From: Escherichia coli
GTDB taxonomy: Bacteria > Pseudomonadota > Gammaproteobacteria > Enterobacterales > Enterobacteriaceae
Length of the DNA: 64,000 nucleotides
Strand: one strand, 5' to 3'
NCBI RefSeq assembly: GCF_050320075.1
Contig: NZ_CP190018.1
Numbering within the stretch: the stretch's first letter is position 1; every line of letters starts with the position of its first letter. Positions 19,658-30,671 of the stretch are shown here, one piece after another. The notes beneath the pieces are model-generated. The model was not told the DNA's origin. It made no database searches and saw only the letters and a program-made list of their open reading frames with translations. The translations under genes and the position numbers were made by a program.

Positions 19658-20245
19658 ATGCCCAAATTGGGGATGCAGTCGATCCGGCGCAGACAACTGA
19701 TCGACGCCACGCTGGAAGCAATAAATGAAGTGGGCATGCACGATGCAACGATCGCGCAGATCGCCCGCCGTGCAGGCGTTTCTACGGGGATCATCAGCCA
19801 CTATTTCAGGGACAAAAATGGTCTGCTGGAAGCAACCATGCGCGATATCACCAGTCAGCTGCGTGACGCGGTTTTGAATCGATTACATGCACTTCCGCAG
19901 GGCAGTGCAGAGCAGCGATTATAGGCGATTGTTGACGGGAATTTCGATGAAACGCAGGTCAGTAATGCTGCGATGAAAGCCTGGTTGGCGTTTTGGGCCA
20001 GCAGTATGCATCAGCCAATGCTTTACCGTTTGCAGCAGGTGAGCAGCCGCCGCTTGTTGTCGAATCTGGTGAGCGAATTTCACCGCGAGTTACCGCGCCA
20101 ACAGGCACAGGAAGCGGGCTACGGCCTTGCCGCGCTGATTGACGGATTATGGCTGCGCGCGGCACTGAGCGGCAAACCGCTGGATAAACCTCTCGCACAC
20201 TCGCTGACCCGTCACTTTATTACTCAGCATTTACCCACCGATTAA
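19658..20245 (+). pseudogene. betI: betI (TetR-family choline-responsive repressor) interrupted by an in-frame TAG at 19922-19924
   Basis: Translation [50 protein letters not shown]...GSAEQRL stops at TAG, then continues in the same frame ([12 protein letters not shown]...[10 protein letters not shown]) to the expected end. The track splits it into 19640..19924 and 19973..20245. Confidence 0.8.
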
Positions 20246-20258
20246 CCGAGGAGACGTG

Positions 20259-21731
20259 ATGTCCCGAATGGCAGAACAGCAGCTTTATATACATGGTGGT
20301 TATACCTCCGCCACCAGCGGTCGCACCTTCGAGACCATTAACCCGGCCAACGGTAACGTGCTGGCGACCGTGCAGGCCGCCGGGCGTGAGGATGTCGATC
20401 GCGCCGTGAAGAGTGCCCAACAGGGGCAAAAAATCTGGGCGGCGATGACCGCTATGGAACGCTCGCGTATTCTGCGTCGGGCCGTTGATATTCTGCGTGA
20501 ACGCAATAACGAACTCGCAAAACTGGAAACCCTCGACACCGGAAAAGCGTATTCGGAAACCTCAACCGTCGATATCGTTACCGGCGCGGACGTGCTCGAG
20601 TACTACGCCGGGCTGATCCCGTCGCTGGAAGGCAGCCAGATCCCATTGCGTGAGACGTCATTTGTCTATACCCGCCGCGAACCGCTGGGCGTAGTGGCAG
20701 GGATTGGCGCATGGAACTACCCGATCCAGATTGCCCTGTGGAAATCCGCCCCGGCGCTGGCGGCAGGCAATGCAATGATCTTCAAACCGAGCGAAGTCAC
20801 CCCGCTTACCGCGTTAAAGCTGGCTGAAATTTACAGCGAAGCGGGCCTGCCGGACGGTGTATTTAACGTGTTGCCGGGCGTGGGCGCGGAGACCGGGCAA
20901 TATCTGACCGATCATCCGGGCATTGCCAAAGTGTCATTTACCGGCGGTGTCGCCAGCGGCAAAAAAGTGATGGCTAACTCGGCAGCTTCCTCCCTGAAAG
21001 AAGTGACCATGGAACTGGGCGGTAAATCGCCGCTGATCGTTTTCGACGATGCAGATCTCGATCTCGCCGCTGATATCGCCATGATGGCGAACTTCTTCAG
21101 CTCCGGTCAGGTGTGTACCAACGGCACCCGCGTCTTCGTTCCGGCGAAATGCAAAGCCGCATTTGAACAAAAGATTCTGGCGCGCGTTGAGCGCATTCGC
21201 GCGGGCGACGTTTTCGATCCGCAAACTAACTTTGGCCCGCTGGTCAGCTTCCCGCATCGCGATAACGTGCTGCGTTACATCGCCAAAGGCAAAGAGGAAG
21301 GCGCGCGCGTACTGTGCGGCGGCGATGTACTGAAAGGCGATGGCTTCGATAACGGCGCATGGGTTGCACCGACCGTGTTCACCGATTGCCGCGACGAAAT
21401 GACCATCGTGCGCGAAGAGATCTTCGGTCCGGTGATGTCGCTTCTCACTTATGAATCTGAGGACGAAGTGATTCGCCGCGCCAATGATACCGACTACGGC
21501 CTGGCGGCGGGCATCGTGACGGCGGACCTGAACCGCGCGCATCGCGTCATTCATCAGCTGGAAGCGGGTATTTGCTGGATCAACACCTGGGGCGAATCCC
21601 CTGCTGAGATGCCCGTTGGCGGCTACAAACACTCCGGCATTGGTCGCGAGAACGGCGTGATGACGCTCCAGAGTTACACCCAGGTGAAGTCCATCCAGGT
21701 TGAGATGGCTAAATTCCAGTCCATATTCTAA
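20259..21731 (+). CDS. betB: Betaine-aldehyde dehydrogenase, 490 aa
   Basis: [32 protein letters not shown]... with aldehyde dehydrogenase motifs (ELGGKSP, catalytic Cys region [13 protein letters not shown]). Confidence 0.9.
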
Positions 21732-21744
21732 CCAGGAGGTTTAT

Positions 21745-23415
21745 TTGCAATTTGACTACATCATTATTGGTGCCGGCTCAGCCGGCAACGTTCTCGCTAC
21801 CCGTCTGACTGAAGATCCGAACACAACCGTGCTGCTGCTTGAAGCAGGCGGCCCGGACTATCGCTTTGACTTCCGCACCCAGATGCCCGCCGCGCTGGCA
21901 TTCCCGCTACAGGGTAAACGCTATAACTGGGCCTATGAGACGGAACCGGAACCGTTTATGAACAACCGTCGCATGGAGTGCGGACGCGGTAAGGGGCTTG
22001 GCGGGTCATCACTGATCAACGGCATGTGTTACATCCGTGGTAACGCGCTGGATCTCGATAACTGGGCGCAAGAACCCGGTCTGGAGAACTGGAGTTATCT
22101 CGACTGCCTGCCCTACTACCGCAAGGCCGAGACTCGCGATGTAGGCGAGAACGACTACCACGGTGGCGATGGCCCGGTGAGCGTCACTACCTCCAAACCC
22201 GGCGTCAATCCGCTGTTTGAAGCGATGATTGAAGCGGGCGTGCAGGCAGGCTACCCGCGCACGGACGATCTCAACGGCTATCAGCAGGAAGGTTTTGGCC
22301 CGATGGATCGCACCGTCACGCCGCATGGCCGTCGCGCCAGCACCGCGCGTGGCTATCTCGATCAGGCCAAATCGCGCCCTAACCTGACCATTCGTACTCA
22401 CGCCATGACCGATCACATCATTTTTGACGGCAAACGCGCGGTGGGCGTCGAGTGGCTGGAAGGCGACAGCACCATTCCAACCCGCGCGACAGCGAATAAA
22501 GAGGTGCTGTTATGTGCAGGTGCGATCGCCTCTCCGCAGATCCTGCAACGTTCCGGCGTGGGTAGCGCTGAACTGCTGGCGGAGTTTGATATTCCGCTGG
22601 TGCATGATTTACCCGGCGTCGGCGAAAATCTTCAGGATCACCTGGAGATGTACCTGCAATATGAGTGCAAAGAACCGGTTTCCCTCTACCCTGCCCTGCA
22701 GTGGTGGAATCAGCCGAAAATCGGTGCGGAGTGGCTGTTTGGCGGCACCGGCGTTGGTGCCAGCAACCACTTTGAAGCAGGCGGATTTATTCGCAGCCGT
22801 GAGGAATTTGCGTGGCCGAATATTCAGTACCATTTCCTGCCAGTGGCGATTAACTATAACGGCTCGAACGCAGTGAAAGAGCACGGCTTCCAGTGCCACG
22901 TCGGATCGATGCGCTCGCCAAGCCGTGGGCATGTGCGGATTAAATCCCGCGACCCGCACCAGCATCCAGCGATTCTGTTTAACTACATGTCGCACGAGCA
23001 GGACTGGCAGGAGTTCCGCGACGCAATTCGCATCACCCGCGAGATCATGCATCAACCGGCGCTGGATCAGTATCGTGGCCGCGAAATCAGCCCCGGTGTC
23101 GAATGCCAGACGGATGAGCAGCTCGATGAGTTCGTGCGTAACCACGCCGAAACCGCCTTCCACCCGTGCGGTACCTGCAAAATGGGTTATGACGAGATGG
23201 CAGTGGTTGACGGCGAAGGCCGCGTACACGGGCTGGAAGGCCTGCGCGTGGTGGATGCGTCAATTATGCCGCAGATTATCACCGGCAATTTGAACGCCAC
23301 GACTATTATGATTGGCGAGAAAATGGCGGATATGATTCGCGGGAAGGATGCGTTGCCGAGGAGCACGGCGGGATATTATGTGGCAAATGGGAGGCCGGTG
23401 AGAGCGAAAAAATGA
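21745..23415 (+). CDS. betA: Choline dehydrogenase (GMC oxidoreductase), 556 aa, TTG start
   Basis: FAD fingerprint [20 protein letters not shown]. An AGGAGG ribosome-binding site sits 7 nt upstream of TTG at 21745. The track's upstream start (21700) lies inside betB. Confidence 0.85.
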   Translation: MQFDYIIIGAGSAGNVLATRLTEDPNTTVLLLEAGGPDYRFDFRTQMPAALAFPLQGKRYNWAYETEPEPFMNNRRMECGRGKGLGGSSLINGMCYIRGNALDLDNWAQEPGLENWSYLDCLPYYRKAETRDVGENDYHGGDGPVSVTTSKPGVNPLFEAMIEAGVQAGYPRTDDLNGYQQEGFGPMDRTVTPHGRRASTARGYLDQAKSRPNLTIRTHAMTDHIIFDGKRAVGVEWLEGDSTIPTRATANKEVLLCAGAIASPQILQRSGVGSAELLAEFDIPLVHDLPGVGENLQDHLEMYLQYECKEPVSLYPALQWWNQPKIGAEWLFGGTGVGASNHFEAGGFIRSREEFAWPNIQYHFLPVAINYNGSNAVKEHGFQCHVGSMRSPSRGHVRIKSRDPHQHPAILFNYMSHEQDWQEFRDAIRITREIMHQPALDQYRGREISPGVECQTDEQLDEFVRNHAETAFHPCGTCKMGYDEMAVVDGEGRVHGLEGLRVVDASIMPQIITGNLNATTIMIGEKMADMIRGKDALPRSTAGYYVANGRPVRAKK

Positions 23416-23625
23416 GTCGTGATGTGAACTGACTCAGGAACCTATCAGATTGAGAGTTACCGTTCTACTATGAGGACCGAATCCTTATATAAAACACTGA
23501 GGTAACTCTCATGCTTCATATCCAGTATTCATGATGCTGGTTTTTTGCTGATATTTAACCCGAACACTCCTGATACAGCCTATTAATTCATTTATCTGCG
23601 GCAGATTTTATTTTCTGGATATATT

Positions 23626-24294
23626 ATGAGTGAACAAATCAAACAGGATATCGATCTGATTGAGATTTTATTTTATCTGAAGAAAAAGATTCGTATTATC
23701 CTTTTTATTATAACTATCTGTATGGCAATGGTGCTGTTGTTTCTGTATATCAATAAAGATAATATAAAAGTGAGTTACAGCCTAAAAATAAACCAGACAA
23801 CACCAGGCATACTTGTTAGCTGTGATAGCAATAATAACTTTGCCTGTCAGACCACAATGACTGAAGATGTTATTCAGCGAATTACTACATTTTTTCAGAC
23901 CAGCCCAGATGTCAAGAACAGAGAAATAAAGCTGGAATGGTCAGGAGATAAGAGAGATTTACCAACTGCTGAAGCGGAAATATCTCGCGTGCAGGCGTCT
24001 ATTATCAAATGGTATGCGTCAGAATATCATAATGGCAGGCAAGTTCTCGATGAGATACAAACACCTTCAGCAATTAACAGTGAGCTTTATACAAAAATGA
24101 TATACCTGACCAGGAACTGGTCATTGTATCCGAACGGTGATGGCTGTGTAACTATAAGCTCACCAGAAATAAAAAATAAATACCCTGCTGCCATTTGCCT
24201 GGCTCTGGGATTTTTTATAAGCATTGTAATTTCTGTAATGTTTTGCCTTGTCAAAAAAATGGTAGATGAATACCAACAAAACTCTGGGCAGTAA
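23626..24294 (+). CDS. ykgH: Membrane protein, 222 aa
   Basis: N-terminal and C-terminal hydrophobic helices. Position between betA and ykgG matches ykgH. Confidence 0.6.
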   Translation: MSEQIKQDIDLIEILFYLKKKIRIILFIITICMAMVLLFLYINKDNIKVSYSLKINQTTPGILVSCDSNNNFACQTTMTEDVIQRITTFFQTSPDVKNREIKLEWSGDKRDLPTAEAEISRVQASIIKWYASEYHNGRQVLDEIQTPSAINSELYTKMIYLTRNWSLYPNGDGCVTISSPEIKNKYPAAICLALGFFISIVISVMFCLVKKMVDEYQQNSGQ

Positions 24295-24536
24295 TAAACA
24301 GCATTCTGACAGAGAGTGCCTGTATAAAACTATAGTGACAATGACCGGGAAGGGAGCCCGTCTTCAGGAATGGATTCCTGTCTTTTTCACTGTAAATATC
24401 CTGGCATTACTAATGCCAGGATATTTACAGAAGAGCAGCATAACCATGACGGAACGGGGTTAAGTCAGGTTGTCCTTAACGCTATTCACAACCTCGTATG
24501 CCGCCTTCAGGTTTATGTCCAGACTTCATATCTCTC

Positions 24537-25232
24537 TCAGCAATCCTCAATAATCAGATACACCGCTTTCACCGGGCCATGAACCCCGACGACTTTGATA
24601 AGCTCAATATCCGCCGTTGAACTAGGGCCGCTAATGATGTTAATGCAGGACGGCATTCGTTCACCGGCCTGCGCTTTCTGATGCAATTTTTCTGCGAGTT
24701 GCGCTACACGCGGCAGGATTGTGCTTTTACGCAGGATAAAAAGAGAAGATTCCGGGAGCAGGCTCAATGAACGCCCGCGCTCGGCGGCGGAAAAAAGAAC
24801 CACGCCTCCCGATTCGGTTAAACCATATTCAGCATACACGACACCCACTTTAGCCTGCTCTGCCTGCGAGATATTCTCGGCACCTTTCGCCGGATCCCAA
24901 ACAACGGCATTGCATTCCTGCTGCAAACGTTCGCTAATCCCTAATTCCTCCAGCCTCGTGTCATCGCTAATCACGACCGACTGATCTCCCAGCTCTTTAC
25001 ACAGTCGTATTGCAGCTTCTGCCGCCTGCGCCTCGCTGGTCAGTTCGCAGCGCGTCAACATAACATCGCTGGCAAACTGGATAAACGCGTCACAGCGCTG
25101 CTGTTGGTTAAGTTCGGTAAGCCGCTCGTTAGCATAGTTGTTAAGCGGCGCATCTTCTGCTTGCGGTTCAAGTCGCAGCGGGCGACCCAGTGCCTGAGCA
25201 ACGTTATTCAAAAATTCGCTCCGATTATCCAT
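24537..25232 (-). CDS. ykgG: LutC-like lactate-utilisation protein, 231 aa
   Basis: Third gene of the ykgEFG operon. Start taken at the internal MDNRSEFL, which gives the expected length and an 8-nt overlap with ykgF. Confidence 0.7.
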   Translation of the reverse strand: MDNRSEFLNNVAQALGRPLRLEPQAEDAPLNNYANERLTELNQQQRCDAFIQFASDVMLTRCELTSEAQAAEAAIRLCKELGDQSVVISDDTRLEELGISERLQQECNAVVWDPAKGAENISQAEQAKVGVVYAEYGLTESGGVVLFSAAERGRSLSLLPESSLFILRKSTILPRVAQLAEKLHQKAQAGERMPSCINIISGPSSTADIELIKVVGVHGPVKAVYLIIEDC

Positions 25233-26652
25233 TCTTTTTCTCCTGCGCCTGATGTTTCTTAAACCAACTACGGAAACTCTCTCCGTCAGCTTCAGGAAGA
25301 TCGCGTGCTTCCATCCAGTCGCTAATCGCGCCAAATTTGAGTGGTGTTTTGCCGCCATTGATAAACCAGCTTGCCGCATGAGCGCCGGCCATCATCCCGA
25401 CTTTCCACAATCCTGGATGACTATTGGCATAAGCGAACATTTTTATCGCCCGTTGCTCTGCTTTTGCGGTGATCCCTTTTTCAGCCATCACCCGACGATG
25501 ACGCAAAATCAGTTTTGACAGCGGAATACGCACCGGACACACGCTGTCACAAGCGGTGCATAAAGAGCAGGCGTAGGGTAAATCTTTAAAATCTTTATAG
25601 CCGCCAAGTAGCGGAGAAATCACCGCACCAATTGGCCCTGGATAAATAGAGCCATATCCATGACCGCCAATATGGCGATATGCCGGACAAGTATTCATAC
25701 AAGCCCCGCAGCGAATACAGCGCAGCACATCCCGAAATTCAGAGGCCAGCACCTCAGAACGCCCGTTATCGACAATAACCAGATGAAACTCTTCAGGACC
25801 ATCAACGTGCCCCGCTTCGCGCGGTCCTGTCAGCCAGGTGTTGTATCCCGTCAAACGTGCACCAACGGCACTGCGCGCCAGCATGGTGATCAATACATCT
25901 ACCTCGGCAAACGTGGGGGCAATACGCTCCATTCCCATCACTGCAATATGCGTTTTAGGCAGCGTGGTACACATTCGCGCATTACCTTCATTGGTCACCA
26001 GGCATACCGAACCTGTCTCTGCCACCGCGAAATTACAGCCGGTAATACCTATTTCAGCACTGAGGAAATCTTCGCGGATTTTTTGCCGGATGAATAAGGT
26101 CATTGCTTCAGGCGTTTCCGACCCCTCATAGCCCAGACGTTCGTGTAGCACCCGACGGATCTGATGGCGATCTTTATGAATTGCCGGGACCACAACATGA
26201 GAGGGCGGATCTTGATCCAGCTGGAGAATGTATTCACCCAGATCGGTTTCAATCACCTGAATGCCAGCATCCTGCAACACATGATTGACACCAATCTCTT
26301 CGGTCACCATCGATTTAGATTTCACCACCTTCCGGGCATTTTTGCGTTGGGCAACCTGTAAAATGTAGCGGGTAGCGTCTTCTTTGGTTTTTGCAAAATA
26401 GACGTGACCGCCGTTTTGCGTCACTTTTTCTGAGAGCTGGTACAGATAAGCGTCGAGATTACTCAGAACATGATCACGTATCTGGGCGGCCCGATCGCGC
26501 CACTCCTCCCAGTGCCCCAATTCATCGACCATTTTTTGCCGATTTGCCCCGATACGCTGCTGCGCGTTTGCCACCGCTTTGCGCATGATCGGATCTTCAA
26601 TTTGCTGACGGATGCGTGTCTTAAAATCTGTATTACTGGTTTTGATCGACAT
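25225..26652 (-). CDS. ykgF: LutB-like iron-sulfur oxidoreductase, 475 aa
   Basis: Two 4Fe-4S ferredoxin-type Cys clusters (CIRCGACMNTCPAY, CSLCTACDSVCP). Confidence 0.8.
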   Translation of the reverse strand: MSIKTSNTDFKTRIRQQIEDPIMRKAVANAQQRIGANRQKMVDELGHWEEWRDRAAQIRDHVLSNLDAYLYQLSEKVTQNGGHVYFAKTKEDATRYILQVAQRKNARKVVKSKSMVTEEIGVNHVLQDAGIQVIETDLGEYILQLDQDPPSHVVVPAIHKDRHQIRRVLHERLGYEGSETPEAMTLFIRQKIREDFLSAEIGITGCNFAVAETGSVCLVTNEGNARMCTTLPKTHIAVMGMERIAPTFAEVDVLITMLARSAVGARLTGYNTWLTGPREAGHVDGPEEFHLVIVDNGRSEVLASEFRDVLRCIRCGACMNTCPAYRHIGGHGYGSIYPGPIGAVISPLLGGYKDFKDLPYACSLCTACDSVCPVRIPLSKLILRHRRVMAEKGITAKAEQRAIKMFAYANSHPGLWKVGMMAGAHAASWFINGGKTPLKFGAISDWMEARDLPEADGESFRSWFKKHQAQEKKNG

Positions 26653-26662
26653 CTTTATATCC

Positions 26663-27382
26663 TCAGCAGCTCATCAACACTTCAGCAATATGCATCACTT
26701 TGACTTTCTGCCCTTCCCGTTGTAATCGCCCACTGATGTTCAGCAGGCAACTCACGTCAGCACCTATTAAATACTCAGGGCGGACTTCCATCAGGTGCGC
26801 AACCTTTTCTTTCACCATCTCGCCGGATATTTCGGCCATTTTGACCGAGAACGTGCCGCCAAATCCGCAGCAGGTATCCTGTTCAGCAAAGGTCAACAGC
26901 TCCAGTCCACGCACATTTTTCAGCAGCGTAAGTGGCTCGTCCTTCACCCCCAGCTTACGGGCCAGGCTACAAGATGGGTGATACACCGCTCTCCCTTGCA
27001 AACTGGCACCTACATCGACTACCCCTAATGTATTAACAATAAAAGAGGTGAGATCCTGCATACGCGCGGCAACCTTTTCGGCACGTGATGCCCATTCAGG
27101 CTCATCCGCCAGATACGTTGGGTAACTTTTTACGGCATAGGTACAGGAGCCAGCCGGTGAAATAATGGGATCGTCGTTATCCTCCAGTGCGGCGATCAGA
27201 TTTTTCATCCCTGGAATCGCTTCTTTGATATAACCACTATTGATCGCAGGCTGACCGCAGCATCCTTGTTTCTCCGGGAAATTTACGCGACAGCCGAGTT
27301 TTTCCAGTAGCAGCACGGAGTCTCGTGCCATTCTTGATTTCAGGGCGTCACCAATACAGGTGACAAAGAAATTGACATTCAC
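26663..27382 (-). CDS. ykgE: LutA-like cysteine-rich (CCG-domain) Fe-S oxidoreductase, 239 aa
   Basis: Cysteine-rich CCG-type motifs (CCGQP, CCGFGG). First gene of the ykgEFG operon. Confidence 0.8.
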   Translation of the reverse strand: MNVNFFVTCIGDALKSRMARDSVLLLEKLGCRVNFPEKQGCCGQPAINSGYIKEAIPGMKNLIAALEDNDDPIISPAGSCTYAVKSYPTYLADEPEWASRAEKVAARMQDLTSFIVNTLGVVDVGASLQGRAVYHPSCSLARKLGVKDEPLTLLKNVRGLELLTFAEQDTCCGFGGTFSVKMAEISGEMVKEKVAHLMEVRPEYLIGADVSCLLNISGRLQREGQKVKVMHIAEVLMSC

Positions 27383-27908
27383 AACTAATACTCCATTACT
27401 TCATGCCCATTTATGCCCGATGGTTCCCCCCACCGGGGGATCAATCATCAATAAATATGGCGTTCTTTTTTAATTGGCTAGCAACATACCACCCCTCATT
27501 TGTATGACAAATGATAATCTTTCATCCAAACTTCAAATGCAATAACTAATTTTATTTCTTTCGGCATCGCTCACATTTTATAGGGAAATCGACGATCATT
27601 TTTGGCATAAGAAATCCATTTAAAAAGGCTACATCCCTTATACCTATTCAGTGCTACTTATTCAGGGGTTATTGAGATATACACTGATGGTGTACAAACA
27701 AAATCACCAACAATAATTACGTATCAAGTAATAATCGGCATTTTATTTAATTGAAGCAATTTAGTTTGCATTTTTATTTAAAAACTGAGCTAGAGTCCAT
27801 CAGAAAAAAATATATAAAGCCCAAACCACCGTTGGAAATAGAAATAGTTGAAAGGCTCACAACTCCCGGAATGCGGATTATCTTTGCCCTGATTTCTGGC
27901 GGTTTTAT

Positions 27909-28763
27909 TCAGGGTGCAAGCTGTCTGACCCTTTCCCGATATTCTCCCGGAGTACAACCAAACTCGCGGACAAACGCCTTGTGAAAAGATGATTCACTGG
28001 CATAGCCTACTGACTCAGCGATCACCACAACAGGGAGCATTTCCCGGGAAAACATCTGGGCCGCTATTTGTAGACGCAACTTTGTTAATACAGCTAGCGG
28101 CGTGGTTCCGGAAACATCACGGAAAAGCTGGGCAAAACTTGCCCGGGACATGTGGGCGATGCTGGCCAGCGATTCGACGGTCCAGGCGTGTCCTGGCATT
28201 TCCAGCATTTGCTGTATTACCGCACCAAGACGTGGATGCAGAAGCAAACTGAGAATGTTTTTCTCTGTATTAACCTGTGCAATCCACTCACGCACCGCGA
28301 GGGTAAAGAATGTAGCGCAGATCTGGCTACACAGAGCATCCACTCCCGGCATTGCCGATCTGGATTCCTGTTGTAAAAACGGGATCGCCTCCCTCAGCCA
28401 GTTATATTCCACGCTATGGTTCACTGGTGCTACAAACAGCGTTTCCGGCAAAGACGTTAAAAAATAACGCGCCGAATGTTGCAGCCGAAGAGTGCCACAG
28501 ACAATACAGGTCGATTCATTTTCGACATGACTCAGGCGATGAGCTGAATTTTGTGGTAGCAGGACCACATTTCCCGGGCGTAATGTAAAAATCTCTCCCG
28601 TCGGCATTTCCAGCTTCGCCGCTCCTTGCGTTAACGCATGCCAACGAATAACCGACAATTCCCCGGCACCATGTGGAAGTTGCCAGTCACTTCCTAACAC
28701 GCAATTCTTATCGATCGTTCCTTGTGGAGCGTTAAGCATCAACAAACGGCTAAGAGCATCCAT
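27909..28763 (-). CDS. rclR: AraC-family activator of reactive-chlorine resistance, 284 aa
   Basis: C-terminal AraC HTH. Divergent from rclA. Start at the internal MDALSRLL gives 284 aa. Confidence 0.8.
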   Translation of the reverse strand: MDALSRLLMLNAPQGTIDKNCVLGSDWQLPHGAGELSVIRWHALTQGAAKLEMPTGEIFTLRPGNVVLLPQNSAHRLSHVENESTCIVCGTLRLQHSARYFLTSLPETLFVAPVNHSVEYNWLREAIPFLQQESRSAMPGVDALCSQICATFFTLAVREWIAQVNTEKNILSLLLHPRLGAVIQQMLEMPGHAWTVESLASIAHMSRASFAQLFRDVSGTTPLAVLTKLRLQIAAQMFSREMLPVVVIAESVGYASESSFHKAFVREFGCTPGEYRERVRQLAP

Positions 28764-28989
28764 ATCAGACTCCTGAGTAGTTTTTTGATTACAAACACCA
28801 ACAATCTTAGTCAATAATTAATCTAATACCATCAAATAGTTAATCATGATTTTTGTTTTGTGATTCTGATTAAGAAAAAGAAAATACCAGACGATAAGAC
28901 AAAACATCAAGCGTTGTGAAGAAATGTTATTTGCTCTTTTGCGTCTATAGTCATGATGTCAAATGAACGCGTTTCGACAGGAAATCATC

Positions 28990-30315
28990 ATGAATAAATA
29001 TCAGGCAGTTATTATTGGTTTTGGCAAGGCTGGAAAAACATTAGCCGTCACGCTGGCAAAAGCAGGTTGGCGTGTGGCTCTCATCGAACAATCAAATGCA
29101 ATGTATGGCGGGACCTGTATTAATATCGGCTGTATCCCAACCAAAACATTGGTTCATGACGCACAGCAGCACACAGATTTTGTCCGTGCCATACAGCGTA
29201 AAAATGAAGTGGTTAATTTTTTACGTAATAAGAATTTTCATAATCTTGCGGATATGCCCAATATCGACGTGATCGACGGCCAGGCGGAGTTTATCAATAA
29301 TCATAGCCTGCGTGTTCATCGGCCTGAGGGAAATCTGGAAATTCATGGCGAGAAAATTTTTATTAATACCGGTGCACAAACCGTGGTTCCGCCAATTCCT
29401 GGAATTACCACCACGCCAGGAGTATATGACAGCATCGGATTACTTAATCTAAAAGAATTGCCTGGGCATTTAGGTATTTTGGGCGGCGGATATATTGGCG
29501 TTGAGTTCGCCTCTATGTTCGCTAATTTTGGCAGCAAGGTAACCATTTTAGAAGCAGCTTCGCTGTTTTTGCCTCGGGAAGATCGGGATATTGCTGATAA
29601 TATCGCGACGATTTTACGCGATCAGGGCGTCGATATTATCCTCAATGCCCATGTGGAGCGAATCAGTCACCATGAAAATCAAGTGCAAGTGCATAGCGAG
29701 CACGCCCAACTGGCGGTGGATGCACTGTTAATAGCTTCCGGTCGTCAACCGGCTACCGCTTCGTTACATCCAGAAAATGCCGGTATCGCAGTAAACGAGC
29801 GCGGGGCAATTGTCGTTGACAAGCGATTACATACCACCGCAGACAATATTTGGGCGATGGGAGATGTTACCGGCGGGCTGCAATTTACTTATATTTCACT
29901 GGATGATTACCGCATTGTACGTGATGAGTTACTGGGTGAAGGCAAACGTAGTACTGATGATCGGAAAAATGTGCCTTATTCCGTATTTATGACACCGCCC
30001 CTGTCCAGGGTTGGTATGACAGAAGAACAAGCCAGAGAGAGTGGTGCTGATATTCAGGTGGTGACATTGCCTGTAGCTGCAATTCCGCGCGCCAGAGTGA
30101 TGAACGATACCCGTGGGGTATTAAAAGCGATTGTTGATAATAAAACCCAACGTATATTAGGGGCATCACTGCTGTGTGTTGACTCCCACGAGATGATTAA
30201 TATAGTGAAAATGGTGATGGATGCCGGGCTGCCTTATAGCATATTACGCGATCAGATATTTACTCATCCGTCGATGAGCGAATCACTCAATGATCTATTT
30301 TCATTAGTCAAATAA
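28990..30315 (+). CDS. rclA: Pyridine-nucleotide-disulfide oxidoreductase, 441 aa
   Basis: MNKYQAVIIGFGKAGKTLA FAD fingerprint, redox-active GGTCINIGCIPTK, second NAD(P) fingerprint GILGGGYIGVE. Confidence 0.85.
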   Translation: MNKYQAVIIGFGKAGKTLAVTLAKAGWRVALIEQSNAMYGGTCINIGCIPTKTLVHDAQQHTDFVRAIQRKNEVVNFLRNKNFHNLADMPNIDVIDGQAEFINNHSLRVHRPEGNLEIHGEKIFINTGAQTVVPPIPGITTTPGVYDSIGLLNLKELPGHLGILGGGYIGVEFASMFANFGSKVTILEAASLFLPREDRDIADNIATILRDQGVDIILNAHVERISHHENQVQVHSEHAQLAVDALLIASGRQPATASLHPENAGIAVNERGAIVVDKRLHTTADNIWAMGDVTGGLQFTYISLDDYRIVRDELLGEGKRSTDDRKNVPYSVFMTPPLSRVGMTEEQARESGADIQVVTLPVAAIPRARVMNDTRGVLKAIVDNKTQRILGASLLCVDSHEMINIVKMVMDAGLPYSILRDQIFTHPSMSESLNDLFSLVK

Positions 30316-30423
30316 ACTCAAAATCAGACGCCAGAACAAATATTCTGGCGTCTCAGAGAAAAGAATCTTATTAATTCTCTGTTACTCTATAACTTCTTAA
30401 TCACTTCATTGATGGTATTTTAT

Positions 30424-30660
30424 ATGTTTAAAAAATCTGTTTTATTTGCAACACTATTATCTGGCGTTATGGCATTTTCCACCAATGCAGATGATAAAAT
30501 AATTCTGAAACATATCAGCGTCTCGTCAGTATCAGCATCACCGACAGTTCTGGAGGATGCCATTGCTGATATAGCCAGAAAATATAATGCTTCATCCTGG
30601 AAAGTCACATCGATGCGAATTGATAATAATTCAACCGCAACAGCAGTATTGTATAAATAA
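30424..30660 (+). CDS. rclB: Small secreted protein, 78 aa
   Basis: Signal peptide MFKKSVLFATLLSGVMAFSTNA. Position between rclA and rclC. Confidence 0.7.
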   Translation: MFKKSVLFATLLSGVMAFSTNADDKIILKHISVSSVSASPTVLEDAIADIARKYNASSWKVTSMRIDNNSTATAVLYK

Positions 30661-30671
30661 GGATGTTCACA

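Noticed and set aside
21700-21744. Upstream extension of betA given by the ORF track (start at 21700).
   Set aside because: The extension lies inside betB. A TTG at 21745 preceded by AGGAGG gives the expected 556-aa product beginning [13 protein letters not shown].
20934-23229. Minus-strand ORFs of 232 and 206 aa inside betB and betA.
   Set aside because: Antisense artefacts within highly conserved enzyme genes.
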